IMG/VR virus record: IMGVR_UViG_3300025120_000026
Source of the DNA: an uncultured virus (IMG/VR IMGVR_UViG_3300025120_000026)
Lineage: Duplodnaviria > Heunggongvirae > Uroviricota > Caudoviricetes
Length of the DNA stretch: 33,718 nt
Direction: 5' to 3' (one strand)
In this document: positions 26,818 to 33,718 of the stretch, in pieces
Layout of the letters: each line of letters opens with the position of its first letter
Position numbering within the stretch: position 1 is the stretch's first letter
Notes under the pieces: generated by a model
Told to the model about the DNA's origin: nothing
Seen by the model: only the letters and a program-made list of their open reading frames with translations
Database searches by the model: none
Program-made: the position numbers and the translations under genes

Positions 26818-27080
26818 GTTGGTTTGATATACTTAAAATAAAAAAGCCGGAAGGCAAAGAAGATTACTTAACTGCTATGTCTAGAAGGATGGGGAAAGAA
26901 CCATCAACAAAGAATTTAAGATTTGGAAATCGTAAAGAAGGTACTAGAAGTTCCACATTCAAATGTGATTTATGTGGGAAAAGAACACATGAGAGAAATA
27001 GACATGAAAGTAGCATAAATAGTGGAAGTAACTATTGTAAAAAATGTGCTAAATTTAGAGATGCTAGTAGTAGTAGTTAG
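26814..27080 (+). CDS. W-tag protein with Zn finger
   Basis: Starts MSWFDILK; CDLC...YCKKC. Confidence 0.8.
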   Translation: MSWFDILKIKKPEGKEDYLTAMSRRMGKEPSTKNLRFGNRKEGTRSSTFKCDLCGKRTHERNRHESSINSGSNYCKKCAKFRDASSSS

Positions 27081-27090
27081 GTGATTTAAA

Positions 27091-27534
27091 ATGAGTTGGC
27101 AAGATATACTAAAAGAAAAAAAGAAACTAGTTGTAGATGTAATGGAAGAAATACATAACGTCTTATCAGAATATAAAAATGTAGACCCTGAATCTTCTCG
27201 CCAATTACTTTATACCTACCGTGACCATGAAATAGAAGATATTTATGATAACTTTTCCACTGACCCTGATAAAGAAAATGGAAGAGTTGGTTTAACTTAT
27301 GAATATATGATTCAATGTAATGTTTATGATAAAGAACGAAAAGACAAGTATACAGGGGTATTATTTTCTACTTATTTAGATGATGATACAAACGAAATAG
27401 ACGAATTTTTTGAAAAGGTAATGAAATTATCTTTTTATGATGATTTAGACAGTGCTAAAGACATGGCAAACCAACTTAAATGGGATTATGAGTTGAGGGA
27501 TGGCGATTTAATCCACTATATTAAGGAGAAATAA
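27091..27534 (+). CDS. W-tag acidic protein
   Basis: Starts MSWQDILK; GGTGA RBS. Confidence 0.85.
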   Translation: MSWQDILKEKKKLVVDVMEEIHNVLSEYKNVDPESSRQLLYTYRDHEIEDIYDNFSTDPDKENGRVGLTYEYMIQCNVYDKERKDKYTGVLFSTYLDDDTNEIDEFFEKVMKLSFYDDLDSAKDMANQLKWDYELRDGDLIHYIKEK

Positions 27535-27536
27535 TA

Positions 27537-27815
27537 ATGAGTTGGAAAGATATAATAAAAAATGATGAAATACTAAAGATAAAACTAGTGACAGATAGAG
27601 AGACTGGGAAAAAATATAAGAAATGGGATGGTGGAGGTAAACCTCCTATTGGTGATAAAAAAGGTAGAGAATTGTCAGAAGCCATAAATAATGGACTGAT
27701 ACCCTATGATGGTAGTGGATTTACTCATACTAGTTCAGGTCATCAGGCTTACAAAACTGATGGACACTGGTTATGTTTAACATGTCAAGTAAAATTTGAC
27801 GGTAGTTCATTATAA
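27537..27815 (+). CDS. W-tag protein
   Basis: Starts MSWKDIIK; H..H...CLTC. Confidence 0.8.
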   Translation: MSWKDIIKNDEILKIKLVTDRETGKKYKKWDGGGKPPIGDKKGRELSEAINNGLIPYDGSGFTHTSSGHQAYKTDGHWLCLTCQVKFDGSSL

Positions 27816-27834
27816 ATAATGAAGGTGATTTAGA

Positions 27835-28230
27835 ATGAGTTGGCAAGATATACTAAAAGAAGACGGACTACCCCAAGAGTATAGTAGAAGTTTGAATGAT
27901 TTTATCAACAATACTAATATGGTCGAACCACTAAGTCGTAAAATTGAAGAAGCAAGAGGAAAAATCTTTGACAATATAACTGTTATAGAAAATTTTATTG
28001 GTAGTTATAATTTTCGCCTTCCGGCAAATAAGCAACTGGCACAAAAACACATGAAATATTTATTAGAGAATTGGAAATATTCTGACCTTGAAGATGCAAC
28101 AAATTCAGCAAAATCTATGATGGAATCAATAACAGAAGTATTGACTAATGATATGAAGGGAGAAGAAGCAAATAATTCATACGATACTACATTTCCAAAA
28201 CCCGAAACATGGGAAGTAGGAAGAAAATAA
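27835..28230 (+). CDS. W-tag protein
   Basis: Starts MSWQDILK; GGTGA RBS. Confidence 0.85.
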   Translation: MSWQDILKEDGLPQEYSRSLNDFINNTNMVEPLSRKIEEARGKIFDNITVIENFIGSYNFRLPANKQLAQKHMKYLLENWKYSDLEDATNSAKSMMESITEVLTNDMKGEEANNSYDTTFPKPETWEVGRK

Positions 28231-28243
28231 GGAGAGTATTAAA

Positions 28244-28684
28244 ATGAGTTGGCAAGATATACTAAGAAAGAATGTCTTTGGAAAAGACCCTGATGAAATG
28301 ACAGATTTTATGAATATTAGTCCTAGAATGAAAGAAGCATCTCAAATTAGAAGAGATGAAAAGACTAGAGTGGATGCATTTGAAGAAATAAAAGACCACG
28401 TATTTGAGAGATTTCTACCTTATAAAAAAACAAATCCTCAAGTATTTATTACTAGTATGGAAGTTGTAAAAGAGTTGGAAGAGGGATTGCGAGGTCTTAA
28501 CGAAAGGAGATTTAAAGCATTAACATCACGCAAAGGTAAAGCAACAGAACTATCTGAAGATTTAACAGAATGGATTGATGAGTTTAAGATATCTATGTCA
28601 ACATTTAATGATTTCTTTGAAGGAGACAATGCAGATGTTGATGCGTGGTTAAGAAGAAATAAATTTATAATTGAGGAAAAATAA
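28244..28684 (+). CDS. W-tag protein
   Basis: Starts MSWQDILRK. Confidence 0.85.
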   Translation: MSWQDILRKNVFGKDPDEMTDFMNISPRMKEASQIRRDEKTRVDAFEEIKDHVFERFLPYKKTNPQVFITSMEVVKELEEGLRGLNERRFKALTSRKGKATELSEDLTEWIDEFKISMSTFNDFFEGDNADVDAWLRRNKFIIEEK

Positions 28685-28897
28685 ATGAGTTGGAAAGATA
28701 CCATTAGAAAAGAAAAAGGTAGATGTGAAATAAATCTATGTCATGCTACTACATGTAGACATAACGAAAATAATCAATGTACTTTAGATGATGTTAATGT
28801 TAGTAGGGAAGGTAAATGTGAACAGTTTTCTACTGATAAAGATACTAATATAGATAGAGCCTTAAGACTAAATGATTTTCAACAAGGTAATGTGTAA
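28685..28897 (+). CDS. W-tag Cys-rich protein (DUF1540-like pattern)
   Basis: Starts MSWKDTIRK; CHATTCRHN....C......V....C..F. Confidence 0.75.
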   Translation: MSWKDTIRKEKGRCEINLCHATTCRHNENNQCTLDDVNVSREGKCEQFSTDKDTNIDRALRLNDFQQGNV

Positions 28898-28902
28898 TTA
28901 AT

Positions 28903-29706
28903 ATGAGTAAGTATCCTTATATTGCTGAGATTCTTAAACAAGAATCAACTGTTGATATAGAACAACAAGCAGAAGACCTCACTAATGATATGAAAACAAT
29001 TCTAGCGCAAATGCTTACATCTATAAAAGAAAATAATGCGAGACAAAAAAAGGCTTTGGATGAAAATCAAAAGAGAGAAGAAAAAAGAGATGCCGATGAG
29101 AAAGAAAGAAGGTTGAGTCCTGATGGCACTACTGCGGCAGAAGAAGCAGAAAAATTAAGAGAAAATCAAAAGAGAACTAAAGAAGAAATTTTAGCGTATA
29201 AACGAAATCTAAAAAACCTTGACGAAAAAAGAAAAAACAAGACAACTGATGATGGACTAAGAGGTAGTAAATTACAACAATTTTTAGGAACTCAAGGTAA
29301 GGAAACTAAACCTGTAAGTAATGCACAACAAAGCCTACAACAGCAACAACAAAGACAGAGAAATGTGAAAGATAAAAAAGAAAGTGAGGCCCGTATAGAA
29401 GCCGCAAGAGGAGGTTGGGAAAGAAGAAAGTTGCAAAGTGCAAAAGAAAAAGCAGAAGGAGCATTAAGAAATACTTTCGATGCGAACCAAAAGATAGCGG
29501 AAAAGGAAATGGCACAGTTTCAAGAAGATGAAAGGAAACGGAAACTAGAATCCGATAAAGCACAAGTAAAAACTATTCAAGGTAAGAGAGAGAAACAGGC
29601 AGGAAAAACAAGAGCGGCTATAGCGGAAGCGAAATATGGGAAGAAGAATGCGTCTGAAGATTCAGAAGATATGTTTTGGTTTAATCAGGTGATTAAAATT
29701 GTTTAG
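28903..29706 (+). CDS. Charged coiled-coil protein
   Basis: 267 aa, E/K/Q/R-rich; tag-like IAEILK near the N-terminus. Confidence 0.8.
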   Translation: MSKYPYIAEILKQESTVDIEQQAEDLTNDMKTILAQMLTSIKENNARQKKALDENQKREEKRDADEKERRLSPDGTTAAEEAEKLRENQKRTKEEILAYKRNLKNLDEKRKNKTTDDGLRGSKLQQFLGTQGKETKPVSNAQQSLQQQQQRQRNVKDKKESEARIEAARGGWERRKLQSAKEKAEGALRNTFDANQKIAEKEMAQFQEDERKRKLESDKAQVKTIQGKREKQAGKTRAAIAEAKYGKKNASEDSEDMFWFNQVIKIV

Positions 29707-29811
29707 AACTATACGTTCTAGATTAATTAGTGGTAATGGACTCATAGTAAAAATGGTAGTAATCATTTTAAAAATTGTTAGAATATTCACAAAAAGAACT
29801 AGGTGGATATA

Positions 29812-30021
29812 ATGACTTGGTTTGAAGTTCTTAAGAAGAAAAAGAAAAAGAAAAAGACTTCTCCTTATTCTAACCCAAAAATGAGGGCTAAAGTGGTTGC
29901 AAGAGTTAAGGCAAGAAGTATCGGTGATGGTAAAGGTGCTAATGCTTCGGGTGGATGGTCGGGTAATAAGGCTATGATTGCCGCTAAGGAATATAACGAA
30001 GAAGGAGGCCGCTACAAATGA
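29812..30021 (+). CDS. W-tag basic protein (DUF5872 N-half-like)
   Basis: Starts MTWFEVLKK; YSNPKMR...GWSGNKA...KEY...GGRY. Confidence 0.75.
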   Translation: MTWFEVLKKKKKKKKTSPYSNPKMRAKVVARVKARSIGDGKGANASGGWSGNKAMIAAKEYNEEGGRYK

Positions 30022-30290
30022 ATTGGTTTGATATTATTAAAACTAAAACAGAGGCACAAGAAAGCCTCTCAACTTGGATTGGTGAAGAGTGGGGAACTCA
30101 AACACAACATAGAGCCAAAGAAAAAGGTAAAACCCCTAAAAAAGAAAAAGCAAGAGGTAGGTATATGCCGAAGGCCACCTACAAGAAAACTCCTAAGTCT
30201 AGATTAGAATATCAAGATAGGAAAAAAAGGAAAGGAACTAAAAAGGGGAAACAACACGTTCCTACCGGAAAGAAGTTCTCGCAGAAGTGA
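30018..30290 (+). CDS. W-tag basic protein (DUF5872 C-half-like)
   Basis: Starts MNWFDIIK; QESLSTW..EEWGT...GRYMPK...KGKQHV. Confidence 0.75.
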   Translation: MNWFDIIKTKTEAQESLSTWIGEEWGTQTQHRAKEKGKTPKKEKARGRYMPKATYKKTPKSRLEYQDRKKRKGTKKGKQHVPTGKKFSQK

Positions 30291-30295
30291 TTAGT

Positions 30296-30541
30296 ATGAG
30301 TTGGGAAAATATACTTAAGAAAAATTGTGGTATGATTGGAGAAGTAAAGAAAGGAAAGGGTGAAAGACATTTCTTTAAGGATGGAACACAGTATATTGGG
30401 GAAACACATAAACATCCTGATGGGACTTTAATGAGTGGTAAGGAACATGTTGAAGGTGAAAGTAAAAAGTTATTTCATTTCTATGAATTAGATGAGGGTG
30501 CATTAAAACACCTCAGTAAAGAAACAACGGATATTGAGTAA
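30296..30541 (+). CDS. W-tag His-rich protein
   Basis: Starts MSWENILKK; GETHKHPDGTLMSGKEH. Confidence 0.8.
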   Translation: MSWENILKKNCGMIGEVKKGKGERHFFKDGTQYIGETHKHPDGTLMSGKEHVEGESKKLFHFYELDEGALKHLSKETTDIE

Positions 30542-30542
30542 T

Positions 30543-30848
30543 ATGACTTGGTTTGATATTGTAAAAAGAAAAAAACATCCTAGTTTAGAGAGAGCAGGTG
30601 TTAGTGGTTTTAGTAAACCTAAGAGAACTAAAGAAGGTAAAAAATCCCATGTAGTTGTAGTTCGTGATGGTGACAAAGTAAAGACTATTCGCTTTGGAGA
30701 AGAGGGTGCTAAAGTTGCTGGAAAACCTAAAGACGGTGAAAGTAAAAGAATGAAGTCAAAGCGTAAAAGTTTCAAGGCTAGACATGCTAAGAATATTAAA
30801 AGGGGAAAGACTTCTGCGGCTTATTGGGCTAACAAAGTTAAATGGTAA
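30543..30848 (+). CDS. W-tag basic protein of a common marine-phage family
   Basis: Starts MTWFDIVKR; KTIRFG...RKSFKARH...SAAYWANKVKW. Confidence 0.8.
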   Translation: MTWFDIVKRKKHPSLERAGVSGFSKPKRTKEGKKSHVVVVRDGDKVKTIRFGEEGAKVAGKPKDGESKRMKSKRKSFKARHAKNIKRGKTSAAYWANKVKW

Positions 30849-30863
30849 TAATGATAAAGTTTA

Positions 30864-31091
30864 TTGCCTAACGGTAGATGTGAGGAGACAAGTTTGAACG
30901 CTAAATCTGACAACTCTTGGTTTAACGTACTAAGAATGTCAGGAGCAGTTACTACAACTTCGTCAGGAACATCACCTCTATTCAATAATAAAGCCATAAG
31001 GAGAAAAAAATATGGCCGCAAAAGACAAAATAAGAAAGAAGAAGATGAGCATTCGACTAAGAGGCGGAGCAAAATTAATCGCTTCGGCTGA
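30864..31091 (+). CDS. Small basic protein with internal W-tag, start uncertain
   Basis: Internal SWFNVLR; TTG start in track; overlaps the next ORF. Confidence 0.5.
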   Translation: MPNGRCEETSLNAKSDNSWFNVLRMSGAVTTTSSGTSPLFNNKAIRRKKYGRKRQNKKEEDEHSTKRRSKINRFG

Positions 31092-32226
31092 TGCTGTTCC
31101 CTTTACTCAAGAATATAATTCTTGGAAAGCAATGGCTGAATCTGCTGAATGTACTGGTGAAAATATAGGTATGAGAGGAAGTGCAGATTCGGATATAACT
31201 GACTCAGGTACTTATAACTTATATCAAGTTACTCAGAAATCCGGTGTAATAAGAAGAATAAAATGGAATGGAGGAGAAAGCCCTAAATCTAAAGGTAGAG
31301 GTGGAGTTAAAGTTATTCAAGAATTAGAAAAAATTTCGGCTAATAGCACTGACTTAACAGATGAACAATTACCATTTTTAAAGAGGGTTATTGATGAATT
31401 AAAAATTCATAAGCAACCTGATGTAGATACAAATCCTGCAAATATTGTATTCACCGACCCCACTGAATTAAGTGCAAATGGTTCTATTTTAGAAAGAGGA
31501 AAAAAGAAAATATACGGTCATTATAGAACGAGAAACTATGCTAGATGGCGTAAAGGAAAAAAAGATAAGGATACAGGAAAAAGAGAAAATGTTCCAATGA
31601 TAAATTCGGGATGGTTTAATGAGAGTAAAGGCTTAGCAAGACCCCCTGCTTGGCAAGTATTATTTGCAGAAAATGAAGATTATAGACCCTTTGCTCATAT
31701 AGGATTATTACAAGTTTGTGAAAGAGCATATAAAACTATAGAAGACATGGAATGGGATGTAGACCCTGCTTATCCTATACCAATTACAGGGAAGAAAATA
31801 GCAGAAGAATTGTATAATAATGTTGCTAATGTAAAAAAGGAAGTTGATAGTTGGTTAGCAAATCCTAAAACTAGTGCTTTCTTAAAAACAGATGGTAACT
31901 TAGATAGGAAAGAAGCATCAGAAGCATTCAAGACTGTGGCTATTACCTTAGAAGATAATAAAGATTTACAAATTATTCAACAATATATTAAACTACCAAT
32001 AGATATAGATACTGTTTATCTTGATGTTACTCCAACTCAATGTTATAATATGGCTATGTTAAATAAAGATTATGTTAAATTCTTAAGAGAAAGAACCTAT
32101 GCTCAAAGGGTTGCTGTAAATAGAAGAAAGAAAAAGGTTGAAGCAAGACAAGCAGTAAAGGATAGACAAGCAAAAAAAGCAGGAAAAGAACCACCTAAGA
32201 AAAAAGGAGTTAAGAAAGATGTGTAA
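31012..32226 (+). CDS. Hypothetical protein with basic termini
   Basis: 404 aa; GGAG RBS. Confidence 0.85.
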   Translation: MAAKDKIRKKKMSIRLRGGAKLIASADAVPFTQEYNSWKAMAESAECTGENIGMRGSADSDITDSGTYNLYQVTQKSGVIRRIKWNGGESPKSKGRGGVKVIQELEKISANSTDLTDEQLPFLKRVIDELKIHKQPDVDTNPANIVFTDPTELSANGSILERGKKKIYGHYRTRNYARWRKGKKDKDTGKRENVPMINSGWFNESKGLARPPAWQVLFAENEDYRPFAHIGLLQVCERAYKTIEDMEWDVDPAYPIPITGKKIAEELYNNVANVKKEVDSWLANPKTSAFLKTDGNLDRKEASEAFKTVAITLEDNKDLQIIQQYIKLPIDIDTVYLDVTPTQCYNMAMLNKDYVKFLRERTYAQRVAVNRRKKKVEARQAVKDRQAKKAGKEPPKKKGVKKDV

Positions 32227-32294
32227 AGTAAAATATAAAAAAGCGAATAGTGCAAGTACTATATTGTGTCCAGTGTGTTATGAGGTAATGTAAA

Positions 32295-32459
32295 ATGAAG
32301 TGGTTTGATATAATTAAAAAAGAAGAAATGCCTCTAGTAGAAAAGGATGAAGAAGAACCACCGGAAGAACCTGTTATTCCTCCAGCCGAGAGTGAAGAAG
32401 AACAAGTTGTTCACTATATTGACCCTGAAGATGAAGAGGAAATAAACGCATTAGGTTAG
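32295..32459 (+). CDS. W-tag acidic/Pro-rich micro-protein
   Basis: Not in track. MKWFDIIKKEEMPLVEKDEEEPPEEP...NALG; GAGGT RBS. Confidence 0.75.
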   Translation: MKWFDIIKKEEMPLVEKDEEEPPEEPVIPPAESEEEQVVHYIDPEDEEEINALG

Positions 32460-32468
32460 GTTTTCAAT

Positions 32469-33125
32469 ATGGTAACAAGAAAACGCTGTCCTCTATGTAA
32501 TATAGAAAATAGAGAACAGTTTGAGAGTGAATTAGAAAATCTAATTATCACTACTGATGAGTTAGATGAGCAAATGAATTGGCCTAGTGGAACAAGTTCT
32601 AAACATCAGAGAAATCATATGGAAGGTTTTGTGAATTCTTCTAATCCTCGATGTGCTATATGTATTAGTTCTGAAAGAGCCGAAATTGAAATGCAATTAT
32701 ATGAAGCAGAAGTTACTCCAGCACAAGTTGCACATGCAATGGAATGTAGCGAAGCACAAGTTATGAGACATTTAACTAAACACTTACAACCTATCGTTCA
32801 ACAATCTGCGGCCAATATGATTGCAGTTAAAGAAGTAAATGAAATAGATACGCTTAGTAATAACATTGGAAGATTAGAAGGTAAAATAGATGAGTTGTTT
32901 TTAGAGACTGATTTAAATCCTAAGTATGTAGATTCATTAACTAAACTAGCAAAAGAGATTAGAGAGAGTTTAAAATACTTGATGGAGTTTAAAGGTAAAT
33001 TAGTGCATAAGAGACAAGATACAATTATAGTTGCACAGATGCAAGTTGTTCAAGAAGTGTTAGCACAAAATCATCCTCAAGTTTGGTTAGATATTAAATC
33101 CAAAATGCAGGAGAAGTTGCAATGA
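32469..33125 (+). CDS. Tandem CxxC-HTH-HxxxH DNA-binding protein with coiled coil (possible terminase small subunit)
   Basis: CPLC...HQRNH and CAIC...TPAQVAHAMECSEAQVMRHLTKH repeats followed by helical oligomerisation-like region. The terminase call is inference only. Confidence 0.55.
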   Translation: MVTRKRCPLCNIENREQFESELENLIITTDELDEQMNWPSGTSSKHQRNHMEGFVNSSNPRCAICISSERAEIEMQLYEAEVTPAQVAHAMECSEAQVMRHLTKHLQPIVQQSAANMIAVKEVNEIDTLSNNIGRLEGKIDELFLETDLNPKYVDSLTKLAKEIRESLKYLMEFKGKLVHKRQDTIIVAQMQVVQEVLAQNHPQVWLDIKSKMQEKLQ

Positions 33126-33577
33126 GTTGGGAATCTGTATTAAAGAATGAACCACATATAGATTGGTTTAATCATATAGAGAAAAATGTTCTTTCTAGAT
33201 TTGCAGATAAGGTTGCTCCACAAAGAGTAGAGAATAGAAAACAACAAGTAAAAAATGATGCTATAATGGCAGTTGAGAGACAGAGACAACAAGCCCGACC
33301 CGAAATGATTAAACAGTTATTTAACGAATGGATAAATAGTAATCCTAAAAGTTGGCCTAATGGAGAGGAGTTAATTTCAGCAGAAGACGCAATGCGTCAA
33401 CATGGAAATCAAATGATAAGAGATAATAAGATAGAGGGAACTATGGATAATACACCTAATGCAGTAGTAAAACCGAAAAATAATGAAACTACTATGATAA
33501 GATGGAATCTGAATGGTGGAAAAAAAGAAGTGTTTCAGGCATTAATGCGTAAGTTTCCTGAACCAAATAATAGGTGA
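33122..33577 (+). CDS. W-tag protein
   Basis: Starts MSWESVLK. Confidence 0.8.
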   Translation: MSWESVLKNEPHIDWFNHIEKNVLSRFADKVAPQRVENRKQQVKNDAIMAVERQRQQARPEMIKQLFNEWINSNPKSWPNGEELISAEDAMRQHGNQMIRDNKIEGTMDNTPNAVVKPKNNETTMIRWNLNGGKKEVFQALMRKFPEPNNR

Positions 33578-33582
33578 ATAAA

Positions 33583-33718
33583 ATGAGTTGGAAAAGTATT
33601 CTGAAAGCAACTGGGGTTGGTAAAGATGGTATGTCCGATAAGGCTGAAGAAGTTAAAGTTAACAAACCTACAGTTACATATAGACAAACAGATAATTTAA
33701 TTGGTACGGGGTCAATTG
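33583..33718 (+). CDS. W-tag protein, truncated by window end
   Basis: GGTGA RBS; MSWKSILKATGVGKDG... Confidence 0.75.
   Translation, partial: MSWKSILKATGVGKDGMSDKAEEVKVNKPTVTYRQTDNLIGTGSI

Noticed and set aside
29671..29706. Tag-like MFWFNQVIK at the end of the 267-aa ORF as a separate gene
   Set aside because: Only 11 codons, in frame with the upstream ORF, and spacing differs from the consensus; at most a relic.
21918..31072. Minus-strand ORFs in the right arm
   Set aside because: Antisense to coupled plus-strand genes; their F/L/S-rich composition mirrors the A-rich coding strand.
32219..32293. 24-codon ORF MCKVKY...CPVCYEVM
   Set aside because: Too short with an incomplete metal-binding motif; cannot be supported from sequence alone.

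Overview
AT-rich segment of a large dsDNA virus of archaea, most consistent with a Magrovirus-type head-tailed virus of Marine Group II/Poseidoniales. This is inferred from the archaeal-type replication set, a viral TFB and GGTGA/GGAGG ribosome-binding sites; no search was run. The left arm (1-19818, all minus strand, tightly coupled ORFs) carries the N-terminal half of a split PolB, a PCNA-like clamp, a RecA-like ATPase, an SSB/RPA, RFC small and degenerate large subunits, a DNA ligase, PC4, TFB and a UvrD-like helicase. Embedded in it is a candidate virus-encoded ubiquitin-like system: a Ubl ending GG-Y, an E1 with a lone C-terminal Cys, a JAB protease and a possible cryptic E2. A 1.2 kb non-coding divergence region follows, with origin-like repeats and a structured-RNA candidate. 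Next is an array (20960-25430) of five self-contained expression cassettes delimited by six copies of a CCATATGG-centred palindrome. Each cassette has a TATA-like box and a U-tract end; two have complementary 5'/3' mRNA ends and one has a ~300 nt structured RNA. The right arm (25802-end, plus strand) holds about 15 otherwise unrelated small ORFs sharing an N-terminal M-x-W-x-x-(I/V)-(L/I)-K tag, a candidate capsid-targeting signal. Product calls are from motifs read by eye.
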